Assembly (NCBI GenBank): GCA_043228905.1
Contig: JBHGNT010000017.1
Span: 9,858,001-9,922,000, forward strand
DNA length: 64,000 bases
Reading direction: 5' to 3'
Source: Azolla caroliniana
Taxonomy: Eukaryota > Plantae > Polypodiophyta
This document shows, piece by piece, positions 12,990 to 26,862 of this stretch. The position numbers and the translations under genes are program-made. The first letter of the stretch is position 1; every line of letters begins with the position of its first letter. The notes beneath the pieces are model-generated. The model was not told where the DNA came from and did no database searches. It was given only the letters and a program-made list of their open reading frames with translations.

Positions 12990-15900
12990 TGTCTCATATC
13001 GGTGGAGGAAATACCCAGAGAGGTGGCTAATACCTCCAACGTATACAAGAATTAACCATGTAAAATATTTCTTCTTAAAAACCTCTTTCTTTCGAAAGGC
13101 TACATCTAAATCACCCTTGATAGCATCATATTCTCCTTTTAGTGTATGCACCAAGGTCAACCAAATCTCCTTGACTACATCGACAACATTCCATTGAATT
13201 TGCTGAAATATCTTTTGACATCTATTAGTCCACAAAACCCACAATGTTATGGAACTAATAGTCTCCCAAACCACCCCATTTTGTACAGAATTACTAGGCA
13301 TACACGTCGACACTTCCTCAACATATCGACCTCTTGTATGTAATGCAAAGGTAACCTTTTCATGTTCATAATCTTGTACCTTACCCTTTATAGTAGCCCA
13401 CATCACTACTCCCACTTATATACTCTAGAGCCATATACCTCATGAAATAAACGTAATATCCTTTTCCAAACCAATTTAGCAGTTAGACATGACCAAAATA
13501 GGTGATGAAGAGACTCCATCTCTAATCCACAAAAATCACACATCTTATCCATATCATTACAATGCATCCAAACCCTAACAGGAACCGCATAATGAACAAT
13601 CAACCATCTAAATAAAATAATCTTCTTTGGAATTTGCATAGCCCATAGCCATTTCCAAAATGTTGTCATATGAGTAGAATCAACATTATATCTCAACCAT
13701 GTTGTAGTTGTTGTCGGCCAATGAGGTATCCTACGTCGTAACATCTCCCTTCCCAATCGAACCGAATATTGAAAAAACGGAATCGGCCAAACATCCTCCC
13801 TAGAATATGATGTAGGTAACCACTTCCATTCCCCTAGATCCCATTCCAATTCACATAATGGTTTTTTGCCCACTACCCATAGATCCCCCCATGGATGAAC
13901 AACATTAGGATCAAGGTCTAGGATCCAAATCTTATCTAGCTTGGCTAGAATTCTAATGGGTTTTACTATAGCCTCAACGAGACATTCATCTTCTAGGGGG
14001 ATCAACCCTAATCGTCCATCTTGTAAAACATCATAACTTAAGGTGAGGCAAAGGGTGAATCCACTTGAGCCCAATTTAACTCACTCTCCTCCCTAACATA
14101 GATCCTTCATCACCTAGAAATAAAGGATTCCAAACCAAGGGTTGATGTAACCATTCATCAATCGAAGTGGGCCAGACTTCTTGCAAATTATCTTTTAGGG
14201 ACCACTAGGCTCAGTTTATCACAGCAAAGAACCTAGCATTCTGAAATAGTATCTTATGTGAATGAAAGTTAGGAATAAACCACCATTGAAGAGACCTTGT
14301 CCATTCACCTCTAGTTTTCAGGAAGCCCTCTTTCATTCTTAACCGAAGAAGCATCTTCCACGGTTCATTTCCTGGTAGTAAACCTCACACTATAAATTTT
14401 GCCAATAGTGCCTTACATTGCATAAGAGGATCTACCAAACCTAAACCCCCTTTGAGAGGTCAGCGCTATAATAATATTCCACACTACCTTCAGTCTAACA
14501 TTCTTAAAATCAATAGAGCCCCATAAAAAATTTCTAATCAACCATTGTAACTTTGACAACAATGATTTGAAGAATAACCAAGAGGACAGAATATACCACA
14601 TTGAGAAGAGTAATACTTGATTAGAAATAACTAGCCTCCCCGCTAGTGAAAATTTGTTAGAACTCCAAAAGATTAATTTCTTCCTCAAAGAAAGCAGTAA
14701 CAGTTGAATATGAGCTTCTGGGGAAAGATTAATTCCCACATGACACCTTAAATATCTCACTGGAGAGCCTTTTGGTATCCCAACATTTGGACACCATGTA
14801 GGAGTAAGACCCTCCCCAACCCAAAATCCCTTTGATTTGTGCCAATTAATAATACCACCTGAAGCATCATACAAATCATGGATCACATTTTCCACATTAC
14901 AAAGATTTTTGTCATCTCCTAGAACATACAATGTTGTGTCATCTGCAAATCCTCAGTCTAACACAACCTCCTCCACAATTGGCCATTGTATACCCTTAAT
15001 AGATGACTTATTCTTATGCAAGAATGCACTAAAGGCTTCTCCTATGAATAGAAATACATATGGAGCGAAAGGACATCCTTGCTCACTGATCTAGTAATCG
15101 GAAAATTATTACCTAGTGCTCCACCAACAAGAACTCGAGTAGATGTTATTGCTATCATTTCCCGAAACAAAAAAATATTATCAAATATACTCCTTTCCTG
15201 TATAAAGCCTATCTGATTCTTATGTACAATATGTGGAAGAAAAGGTTGCAAACGAATAGCTAATAATTTAGCATAAACTTTATATACTATATTTAAAATA
15301 GTTAGACACCTCCATTTCTCAATATCATCCACCACACCTTCTATCTTTGGAATCAAATAAATCATTCCTTCATTCCACTCAACAAACATCCTTCCCAAAT
15401 GAAAAACCTCTTGTAACGCAGTTGTGAAAGCATCGACTATATCAACCCAATACTCTAAAAAGAACTCTAGTGATAATCCATCATTTCCTGGGCATACCTT
15501 TTTCCCAACAGCCACCAATGCAGCTCTTACCTTTGTAGAAGAGATTTCCTTTACTAATAATTCAGCCATCTCATATGAGACCTTATGTTCCAATCAATCC
15601 AAAACAATTTTTCTTTTTTGGATTTGTTGACCTGAAAATTGTTGGGTTGTAAGTAGAATTTTATAAAAGGTCATGGCAATGTCTCTCATTTCATTCGTGT
15701 CCTTTGTAATAGACCCATCTTCCCTTTGAAGCTATCTTATACAATTACTTGAATGAGCACCTTTGCGAAAAAATCGGAATTCACATTATCAACTAATCGA
15801 GTCCACTTCGCAGCAATAGCATGAAACTTTGTTTGAAAGATCCAACTCCAATTCATTTCTAAACATATTAATTCATTTCTTATGTGACCTAACTCCAATT

Positions 15901-16978
15901 CAACCCAAGCTGCATGTGGACATTTTTCCTGAAAATGTTGAAGAGACCTCAAAGCCCTCCTACTAGCAACCATTCTTACCTTACATTGCTCCACAGTCTT
16001 GCATACTTTCAATCTAAAATAATTCAAAGTACCCTGAATAGCAGAGTTGACCCTTTGCAAGACATTTACAAAAGATGTAATTTGCAATTTCCACATCTAT
16101 AAAATATCATGTCTAAAGGATGTATCCAAATAAATCCATGTCGGAATACGACCACAACTATTGTTATGATATGGTTGTTTTCCAACAACCATTATCACAG
16201 GTGCATGATCCGAGAACAAAGAGCCTGAGGTGCAAGATCAAAGAACAAAGAGCCTGAATAATACCAATCTCCCCATCCTTTCTGACAAAAAAATCATCAA
16301 TGTATATTTTGTCCAAACGGGATAGATTTACCCCTTGTTGTCTTCTATCGGATCGAGAGAAACTTAATGAATCTTTTAACCAGCCAAAAGATGTAACATG
16401 CCATGCATCCTACAATCTGAATGATAAACATTAGTGTTCCCAAGTTATCAACTCAGTTGCACCTATCGAAGGATGAGAGACTCCAATCCTATCACCAAAA
16501 TACCCGATCAAATTAAAATCACCTACCATACACCAATGATCCACTGATGGTAAATACGATCCTAATCTTAAACCAAAATTCCTTTCTAGCCCCTCCCAAA
16601 TTTGAAGTGTAAATATTAAGAAAGCCCAACTTAAGGTCTGAGACCATTAGGATGATATATTAAGCTCTTCCCTCGACCAATACACGACAATCTAAGACCT
16701 GCTGACACCATTTCTTTGCTAAGGCTATACATAAACCCCCATGCTTATTTTGATTGCCAATCGCAGGAGTCCAATAGTATTTCCAATTTCCAATTTCCAA
16801 TTTCCAATCCATATGTATCTATTTGCTTATCCGATAGATGAGTTTCTTGTAAACAGATCATATCACAAACACCCACATTAAACTTATGCAATTCTTGGCG
16901 GACTCTACCCTTAAATATCTTACTAAGAGTCCCTCCAAGCCCTTGAACATTCCATGACAAAATTTGGAATTTCTTCAT
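12990..16978 (-). pseudogene. LINE ORF2: AP endonuclease, RT and zf-RVT; frameshifted
   Basis: ILSWNVQGL and ICLQETH (APE); KVCPGNDGL and QGCP (RT); CDFCGLEMESLHHLFWSC (zf-RVT). Confidence 0.9.
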
Positions 16979-17024
16979 AGCTCAACAGAAGTTGCTTACT
17001 AACCTTAGTTCTCCCATCCATTGT

Positions 17025-18321
17025 CTAATTTTTAAACTTGCAATCCTTATTGCTTATTTTCAATCCCTTAAGGGAAATCTTATTTGAGTAAGAAACAATC
17101 CTATGTTTCTTTGCATGATGCATGAATCGATTAATCATAATATTTCTATTAACTACCTTATTAAGAGTATTATGTACAACTGCCCCATTTGTTTCTTGAT
17201 TAATGTGGTGATTAGAATTAAACCCGCTTTCAAGATATTTTGCCTTCAACCTAGTTATACACCCATTGTAGTTATGGGTATTCTCCCTTGATGAGTGACA
17301 AATTTCAGCAGTCACAATTTGTAACAATTTAACATCCCCACTTTTTTCCCCATTAGAGTCTCCCTTAAGGAATGTGTGACTTTCGTTTTCCTCATATACA
17401 ACTAATGGCAAGGTTTCATCTCCCTTCATCCCTAAACCCTCATCATCGTGCACCGGGGTATGATTATCCTTGGGATGAGCCTCGCCCACCAAAGAGTCTA
17501 GTGAAGAATTAGAAAATTCATGATCTATAATATGCTCCATATTAGTTTTATGTTTGGTAAATGAAGCTCCATCTACCTCCTCAACCAAGACAACATCCAG
17601 TGGCAGTGTTTGTGTGAGATTACCAATTGGTTCAAATCTATTCCTTGTTGGAACCCATTTATTGGAAAGGTTCACATTCTTTGCAAGTAGGCCTTTTCCC
17701 TTTCTCACGATAGTCCAATTATCCTCACCTTCTATAGCCCCCTTTTCCTTAAATTTTTCATTACTATTCCCATGTGGCACATTTTGCCATGTACAATCTT
17801 TTGCCATATGCGTAATTTGCCTACATCTAAAGCATTGATTTGGCAATCCAGCATATGTAATCTTTGGGTAAGGCGAGGAACATAACACAAAAAACAAATC
17901 TTCTAGCAATTGTCTCCCTCAAGTCATGTAAATCGAATCCCGCATACCATTTCAAAAATTGCATCCATATTTCTTTAATTTTAACACTACCTACCAAAAG
18001 CAATTTATCTACCATATCATAACTCTTAAATTCAATGTGGTATCAACCCTTACCAAGAAATTGAATGTCGATTATTTGCGCTAAGTCACCTTTCAACCGA
18101 GCTTGTAATAGATGCCACAACTCGGCCCGATTTGGACGACCTCCCACAACATAGATAATGATCGAATGGTGTTATAGGCGATCCACCTCCGCATGTAACA
18201 TTTGTTCTACAACAAGAGAGAGACAAAAGTCCACCGTGATATCTGCGACCAAAGAAGAAGCGAAGGGTGGTACACTCGACTCCCTTCTATATGTTGTCGT
18301 AGCATCGAACACGCTCGTCAT
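17025..18321 (-). pseudogene. LINE ORF1 (DUF4283-like region plus zinc knuckle)
   Basis: YAGLPNQCFRCRQITHMAKDC; upstream IIYVVGGRPN...IQFLGKG; ATG at 18321. Confidence 0.8.
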
Positions 18322-18359
18322 TTTTTCCGGTGTCCAATTCCTTCCACTTTATGTGATAT

Positions 18360-18712
18360 TGAGCCAACTCAGTATTGTCAACTAATCGGCAGCTTAATCT
18401 ATCCAACCATCATAGGACCTAGCTCAGCTATTCGGTCGGTCTAATTAGCCAATTTATGCAGAAAGCTCGGGATATTCATCTGGATTGCACTAAGAGAGTA
18501 CTCAAGTAAATTCGTGGGATAATGGATTACGACATCATGTATAAGTTGGACATGGTTGTTCGACTCAAATGGTACACAGATGCAAAATGGGCCGACTATA
18601 CCACGGATAGACGATAAACTTCAGGATTCGTCTTCTCCGTCGATAGCGAAGCAATCTCTTGGAGCAGCAAAAAGCAACCGACAGTCGCATTGTCAAGCAC
18701 AGAAGATGAATA
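18360..18712 (+). pseudogene. Copia RT/RNase H (element F, part 2)
   Basis: QLIGSLIY...AISWSSKKQPTVALSSTEDEY; continues inverted at 33170. Confidence 0.85.
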
Positions 18713-21700
18713 TGTTGAGAAATCGATGCGGAATAGATCACAATAAACGAACTACACACTGAAATACGAATTACAGAAAAATGCCAGAAAGACAAGATAA
18801 ACAAAAAAATACACAGAGATTTACGTGGAAACCCTAAAACAGTGAAAAACCACGAGAACAGATTCTTCACTATACAAATAGTGGATATACAATAGCGAGA
18901 AGATTACAACACTCTCTCACGAGTGCATCAGCTGCAGAGGGCTCTTCGCGTCTGCTGTTACACACATAGCTATGGCACAACTCTCCCTTCTCTCCCACTC
19001 TCTGTCTCACTCTCTCACGTTCTACAACTTCTGTTTTTACTCTGTTCTGCACTCTCTAATGTTTGCCCTAGTTGCATATATACTTACTCAACTTTCAGGT
19101 TATTTACATATGTAGCCCTCATGGGGCGCACAGTTAGACTATTTACAAATATAGTCTCCCGAGTTGGCTATTTACACGATTCTGGTTTCGGCCTTGGCCA
19201 GTTCCTCATCAACTCGGCTCCTGTTTTCCGACTCTTTGACTATCGGCTTTCCAAACAATCGGACCATCCTCCCACTCGAGAGACATATTCCCAACAAACT
19301 CCCCCTTCACTCTTGTGGGAGGAAATCTGTCAGTCCTGTATTTTGTCGACAGACTCTGAGTCTGTCCATAGGTAGGTTCTTCGTCAGCATGTCCGATCCA
19401 TTGTCGTCAGTATGGATCTTCACAAGACAAAACTCTCCTTCTTCGTCTCTCTCCCGCAACCAGTGATACCTTCTCTGTCTGTGCTTGGTCCGGGAGTGGT
19501 ATGCCGCATTCTTGGCTAGGTGTATGGTGCCTTGACTGTCAAAGTTAAGCAAGAACTTCTTTTGCTCCATGCCTAGTTCGGTGAGAAAACTCTTCATCCA
19601 GATCAGCTCTTTTCCAGCCTCTACCACTGCCATATACTCTGCCTCTGTAGTCGACAAGGCTACAGACTTCTGCAGTCATGACTGCCACGACACTGCTCCC
19701 CTTGCAAAGGTCATCACGTACCCTGACGTGGATTGGCTTGAGTCAGTATCTCCAGACATGTCTGAATCGGTAAAACCTTCCAGCACAGGTTTTCCAACAC
19801 CATACCTTAGGCACACCTCCGAGGTGCCTTTCAGGTACCTAAGTGTCCACTTCACTACTGCCCAGTGTTCTCTCCCTGGATTACTCATATATCGGCTTAC
19901 TGCTCCCACAACAAATGTTATGTCCGGTCTCGTACAAACCATAGAATACATTAGACTGCCGACGGCCGAGGCATATGGTACCTTCTTCATCTCAACCTTT
20001 TCCTTCTGCCCTTTCGGACACTGCTTCGCATTTAGTCTGCAATTTGTCGGCAGCACAGAGCTAACCGGCTTTGCGTTCGACGTGTTGAACCTCTCTAGGA
20101 TCTTCGTCACATACTTCTGTTGTGACAACCATTGCACCTTCCTAGCTCTATCTCGGGTTATATGCATTCCTAGGATTTTCTTTTCCGGTCAAAGGTCTTT
20201 CATGGCAAATGATTTGCCGAGAGCTTTCTTCAAGCTTCCGATCTTCCTTGTGTCTTGACCGATTACCAACATATCATCAACGTATAGCAAGAGAATCAAG
20301 AAATCTCCTCCTCGTACCTTTTGATGAACACATAGTGATCAGTCTGTGTTTTCTGGAACCGATGTTCCATCATGAAGGACTCAAATTTCTTGTACCATTG
20401 CGTGTTTCAGTCTATACAAACTTTTCCTCAGTCGACACATCAAATTCTCTTTCCCTTTCTCCTCAAAGCCTTCGGGTTGTTGCATGTAAATTTCTTCGTC
20501 CAACTCCTCGTGCAGAAATGCGGTTTTGACATCCGAATGTTCGATATCCAGGTCCATGTTGGCCGCTATGCTCAGCACAGTTCGTATGGATGTCATCTTC
20601 ACGACTGGTGCAAATATTTCGTCAAAGTCGACGCTCTTCTTCTGTTGGAAACCCTTCACCACTATGCGGGCTTTATACCTTGGCTCGCTGTCGACTTCTA
20701 TAGTCTTCACCTTGTAGACCAATTTATTCCTGAGTGCTCTCTTACCTTTCGGTAGCTCTATTAGGTCGTAGGTGTAATTCGCATGCAAGGATTCAATCTC
20801 CTCTAATCGCGTTCAGCCATTTTTCTCTACTCTCGTCAGCAATGGCTTTTTCATAGCACTCTAGTTCATCGTCATCAGTCAAGAGGACATATTGACTAGC
20901 ATATGTAGTAGGTGCCTTCCTTTTTGTGAGTGGGTACCTTCGTCCACTCGTTGTTGGCTCTTTTCTGGATGTCTTTGCCAACTCTTCTCTTTGCTTGGGA
21001 TTTTGCTCGTTAATCGGCATCTCCAGGTTGGATAACTCCAACTCATATTCATCAATTGACTTTAGGAACTCTGCCGACTCTGACTCATAGTCTATCGGTC
21101 TTTCCGAGTCGACAGACTCGGATTCGACTTTGTCGGCCAGCTGTCTCCTTACAACTGTCAGTGACGACTCACTTGGCCTTAAGTCAATGGTAGTCGAGGT
21201 TGACTGGGGACTCAGTTCCGACTTTTGTTGCTTCTAGTCTTCAATTGTCTTGTCTTCTAGAAAGACTACATCCCGACTTCTCACTAACTTCTTGTCGACT
21301 AGGTCCCATAACTTGTAGCCGAACTCATCTTCCGAGTATCCCATGAATATGCATGCTTTCGACTTGTTGTCGAGCTTTGACCTCTGATCCTTTGGTACAT
21401 GCATATACACCAAGCATCCAAACACCATCAGGTGTTGGTAGGAGACATCCTTCCCAGTCCACACCCTTTGTGGGATATCACCCTTTAGAGGTACCGAGGG
21501 AGACTTGTTGATCAGATAAACAGTTGTGTACATCACCTCAGCCCAATAGGATTTCAGCAGTTTCGCAAGAGAGAGCATGCTCCTTACTCTCTCCATGATC
21601 GTTTGATTCATCCTCTCGGCAAGCTCGTTCAACTCTAGGGTCTTTGGTATTGTGCATTCGATTCGAATACCTTGGCACTTGCAGTATTCCTCAAACTACC

Positions 21701-22418
21701 CTCTGTACTCACCACCGTTGTCGGCTCAAACAACCTTCAGTTTCCGACCCGACTCTCTTTCAGTTCTTGCCTGGAACTCCTTGAAAACCGACAGTACGTG
21801 ATCCTTCGACTTCAATACAAAGGCCGATGTCTTCCGACTATGGTCATCGATGAATGTCACAAGTACTGTCCACCTCGATGCGATGGAGCATCCACATAGC
21901 ACACATCCGTGTGCACTAGTTCTAGTTGACAGGAATGCACGGTCCCGATGAACAACGCTCGGCCACAACCGAGCTTAGAATCAAAACAGAGAAAAACGGG
22001 GAATGAATGCACGACATAGTGAAGAGAAGAGTACACAGGATGTTTACGTGGAAAACCCAAATACGGGAAAAACCACGACAGCCCACAGATTGCAAACTAT
22101 CACTATTTTAGAATGTACAAAATGGTAAAGCACCGAAGTAATGACCTCGAGCTTTCTATCTTCGCCACAGGCGGCGGTTGCAACAGAGGCAACGACCTCT
22201 TCCTCTCTCTCACTCTCTTTGTACACAGTTGCGCGCTCTAATCTTACGCAAACAAGAATGACAACAACACGAAAAAGTTTTCCCTAAGTCATATTTATAC
22301 TAATATGACTTTCCGGCTATTTACAAATATAGCCACGATGGACTCTCAGAAACATATTTACGAATATGTCTCTTTATCCGGTGAGCACTCCTCACTGGGC
22401 CTGCATCATCCGGCGATT

Positions 22419-22625
22419 GCCGGGTACTCGTCATCCGGTTCTCACCGAGTCTGCACTATCAGGCTCTCCGTAGCCGGGTACTCTTCATCCGGTTCTCACC
22501 GGGTCTGCACCATCCGGCTCTCCGTAGCCGGGTACTCCTCATCCGGTTCTCACCGGGTCTGCACCATCCGGCTCTCCGTAGCCGGGTACTCTTCATCCGG
22601 TTCTCACCGGGTCTTCACCATCCGG
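22419..22625. repeat. 54-bp tandem repeat in the H LTR (~4 units); also 29846-30108 and ~36400-36662 (~5 units each)
   Basis: Unit GCCGGGTACTCNTCATCCGGTTCTCACCGGGTCTGCACCATCCGGCTCTCCGTA. Confidence 0.95.
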
Positions 22626-22818
22626 AGGGAACTGTTTCCGATCCGCTTCCGGCATGCATCTAGCTTATTGGGTATCAGTACTTTGGTCAGTATATCTGAC
22701 CCGTTCTCGGCTGTGTGGATCTTCATCAGTGCGAACTCCTGGTCATCTACTCTTTCTCGGATCCAGTCATACCTTCGTTGGATATGCTTCGTCCAGGAAT
22801 GGTAGGCCGCATTCTTAG

Positions 22819-25800
22819 TGTTGAGAGACAAGCTCAACATCGGCCGGATCAGCTGAAGAAGCCGAGGACCGGATCGGTTGGGACCGATCGGTTAGGCCGA
22901 GTGCATAAACCAGGAGGTCGTTAGGGAAGATATTCCGTGAGGAATATATTTCGGAGTTAGTGTAGGAGCTCTTGATGAGCATTGAAGTACTATCAGTACT
23001 TCGGTCAGTCCTTCTAGGACTTGTATAAAAGTGTTCACTGAGCACGTCTTATGTACAGACAGAGTATTATTGTTGAATATAGTTCTTGTGTTCTCTCTCA
23101 CTCTCTCTGTCTCTCTCGCGTATACTGCGTAAGCTCAAGCTCTCCATTAAACCTGAGTCTTCTTCCTTTTGTTGCGGTCTCCGCTCCTTTCCTACTGCCT
23201 TGCTTGGTCGTTCGGGACTATTCTCCCCCTCAAGTTCGGCACATTGAGGTGACGCAACTCAAGCGCACCTGAGAATTGCCGCAACTTGTCCAGACCAAGA
23301 GGCTTTGTGAAGATATCGGCAGTCTGTCGATCCGTCGGCACGTACTGAAGTTCGACTTCACCGGAAAGAACACGCTCACGGACGAAATGGTAGTGCACCT
23401 CAATGTGCTTGGTCCATGCGTGGAAAACGGGGTTCTTCGCTAGCTGGATACTGCTGAGGTTGTCGCAGTAGATCGTCGTCAGATCTGACACCTCGACCTG
23501 TTCATGCAACCCTTATCAGCTCTTCTGTTGTTGCGGTGTTGACGCTTCCCCTGCTGCCTTTTCTTCCGATTGGGCCTCGGTTGATTCAGCGTATCTGAAT
23601 CAAACATCTGAACCGACTCGGCTACCTCCGATCGGTCTTCGCTCTCGTCTGAGTTGGCTGTCTCCAACTCGTCTTCCGTCTTCTCGCCCTCGATGACGTC
23701 ATCTCCCCCATGCGTGGTTGGCTTCGGCTCTCTCCTTCGGCTACTCCCCCTCTGTCCGCTTCCGGACTTTGAAAAACCGATACAACCTGGAGTAGTCGCA
23801 ACTGGAGACGACACTCCGCATCCGATCGCGAATGTCGGAGAAGTTCCCCTTAGCCATGTCAGGCAGAAAGGGAAACTCATGAACGTGTTGCACATCCCGA
23901 CAATCACGAAAAACTTGGTCTCGGTCGGACAGATCGTCGACCAAGGGATGGAGGTTCAGTTTACACACCTCAGGTGCTTCATTGAGGAAGAAGGTCGTGT
24001 GATTGCGCAAGGGTGCAGAGACGGGAGGATGTTCATCCTCGACTCCACTGACGGCGGCACCGCAATGTTCGCAAAGGGAAGAAAAACCAAGTCGGACATC
24101 GACTTGTGGCATAAGCGGATAGGCCACATCAACTACCAGCGGCTTCAAGTTCTGCAAACGAAACAAGTAGTATTCGGATTGCCCAAATTTAGTGGCCGAA
24201 AGGTACAAATTTGTGAAGCCTGCCAGCTCGGGAAGCAACACCGACTTCCTTTCCCAAACCAGCGAAACCGGAGCCGGAATAAGCTCGACCTTATACACTC
24301 CGATGTATGGGGGTCGGCACAAAACGTTAGTCTTGGCGGGAGCCGATATTTCGTCTCCTTCATCGACGACCACACGCGGCACATGTGGATCTACCTCATT
24401 GAGAGGAAGAGCGAAGTCTTCGACTGCTTTCGGGACGTCAAAGGGTTCGTGAAAACGGAGACGGGAGGAAAGATCAAGTGCCTGCGGTCGGATGGCGGGA
24501 AAGAGTACTTGTCTGGTCAATTCAACGGTTATCTACAACAAATGGGAATTCGGTGAGAATTCAGTTGCAGATACACGCCGGAGCAGAACAGCGTGGCCGA
24601 GACGAAGAATCGGTCAGTTGTGGAAGCGGCACGGGCAATGCTGGAGGAGAAGAGCTTGCCCAAGTTCTACTGGGCCGAGGCGGTAAGGACCGCGGCATAC
24701 ATCCAGAACCGGATCGGAGACAAAGTGTCGGCGCACCAGCTATATTTCGGAATGAAGCCGAACTTGCGACACTTGAGGGTGTTCGGTAGCATTCTGTATG
24801 TGCATGTACCGAAGGAGAAAAGGAGGAAGCTGGACGCAAAGGCCGAGAAGTCCCGTTACGGACTGAAGCAAGCCCCGCGTGCCTGGAACGCGAAGATCAC
24901 GCAACAACTGCATCGGATGGGCTTCGTCACGTCAAAATCGGACTCTTCCCTGTTCATCCGGAAAGGTCGACTCGGACCGGTTAGTATTCTACTATATGTC
25001 GATGACTTGGTCATCACCAGTGCCGACCTAGGCGAAATCGACCGCGTGAAGCTCCAGCTTGCGGCATCGTTCGACATGAAGGATCTGGGGGACCTTCATT
25101 ACTTCCTCGGGATCGAAGTGATCCGTACCCCCGAAGGCATATTGATCAGCCAACGTCATTACGTGCTGAGTACGCTCTTCAACCTCGGGATGGCCGACTG
25201 TAAGCCCGTCTCGACTCCTTTGGACAGAACCATCAAGCTTCGTCCTGATACGGAAAAGGTATGCGACCCGACGAGGTTTCGAGAAATTGTCGGAAGCCTC
25301 ATATACTTGACCATCACCCGACTCGACCTCAGTTATCCGGTCGGTGTGATCAGTCAGTTCATGGCGCGACCTACCGAGGAGCACCTTTAGTGTGCGCAAC
25401 GCGTACTACGGTATGTAAGTAGCACTAAGGACCGAGGACTGCTATATCAAACCGGTGCAGCCGCGCAATTAGTCGGTGACACCGATGCTGATTGGGCTGG
25501 CCACGCCGCCGATCGTCGATCCACGTCCGGATACGCGTTCTCGCTCGGGAGTGCCGCGATCGTGTGGAGCAGTAAGAAGCAGCCGACAGTTGCACTGTCG
25601 AGTACCAAAGCTGAGTACCGAGGAGCGGCTGTCGCGACATGCGAAGCCATATGGTTGAAGCGGCTACTTAAGGACCTATAGGTGGAGGTGTCAGATCCGA
25701 CGACGATCTACTGCGACAACCTCAGCAGCATCCAGCTCGCGAAGAACCCCGTTTTCCACGCACGGACCAAGCACATTGAGGTGCACTACCATTTCGTTCG

Positions 25801-26862
25801 TGAGCATGTTCTTTCCGGTGAAGTCGAAATTCAGTACGTGCCGACGGATCGGCAGAGTGCCGACATCTTCACAAAGCCTCTTGGTCTGGACAAGTTGCGG
25901 CAATTCTCAGGTGCGCTCGGGTTGCGCCACCTCGATGTGCTGAACTTGAGGGGGAGAAGAGTCCCGAACGACCAAGCAAGGTAGCAGGAAAGGAGCGGAG
26001 ACCGCAACACCGAGTCAGTTGACGAGTTCGACTTCGGATCGGCTGAAGAAGCCGAGGGCGGACCCGTGGAAAAGTCCGGAAGCGGACAGAGGGGGAGCAG
26101 CCGAAGGAGAGAGCCGAAGCCAACCACGCATGGGGGAGATGACGCCATCGAGAGCGAGAAGACTGAAGACGAGTTGGAGAAAACCAACTCGGACGAGAGC
26201 GAAGACCGATCGGAGGTAGCCGAGTCGGTTCGAATGTTTGATTCAGATATGCTGAATCAACCAAGGCCCAAGCGGAAGAAAAGGCAGCAGGAGAAGTGTC
26301 AACACCGCAACAACAGAAGAGCTGATAAGGGCCGCATGAGCAGACAAGCCGACCGGAAGGGTCGAAGAGCACGGAGTCGAACAGGTCGAGGAGCACGAGC
26401 GAGGCGAGAAGCTAGGAGGAACCGGTGCTGTGAAGATCCCGAAGAGCCTCAAGTTGAGCTTGAGGGGGAGTGTTGAGAGACAAGCTCAACATCGGCTGGA
26501 TCGGCTGAAGAAACCGAGGACCGGATCGGTTGGGACCGATCGGTTAGGCCGAGTGCGTAAACTGGGAGGTCGTTAGGAAAGATATTCCGTGAGGAATATA
26601 TTTGGGAGTTAGTGTAGGAGCTCTTGATGAGCATTGAAGTACTGTCAGTACTTCGGTCAGTCCTTTTAGGACTTGTATAAAAGTGTTCACTGAGCATGTC
26701 TTATGTACAGACAGAGTATTATTGTTGAATATAGTTCTTGTGTTCTCTCTCACTCTCTCTGTCTCTCCCGCGTATACTGCGTAAGCTCAAGCTCTCCATT
26801 AAACCTGAGTCTTCTTCCTTCTGTTTGGTCTTCATACCTGCTTCCGCACGCTACTTTCTACA
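22819..26862 (+). mobile_element. Ty1/Copia element I nested in H; rearranged
   Basis: TSD CTTAG at 22814-22818 and 26863-26867; truncated 5' LTR 22819-~23168; 3' LTR 26471-26862; PPT GAGGGGGAG 26462-26470; pol 23768-25984 with an INT-RT deletion at ~24850. Confidence 0.92.

Larger units (their letters stand above)
11842..18359 (-). mobile_element. Full-length, degraded L1-clade LINE
   Basis: 15-bp TSD TGAGCCAACT(G/C)AGTA at 11827-11841 and 18360-18374; ORF1 and ORF2 remnants; short T-run (poly-A remnant) at 11843. Confidence 0.92.

Noticed and set aside
22305-22805. ORFs with AGYSSSGSHRVCTIRLSV repeats (also 29732-30145 and 36336-36974)
   Set aside because: They are translations of a 54-bp LTR tandem repeat whose length is a multiple of three; there is no evidence they are genes.
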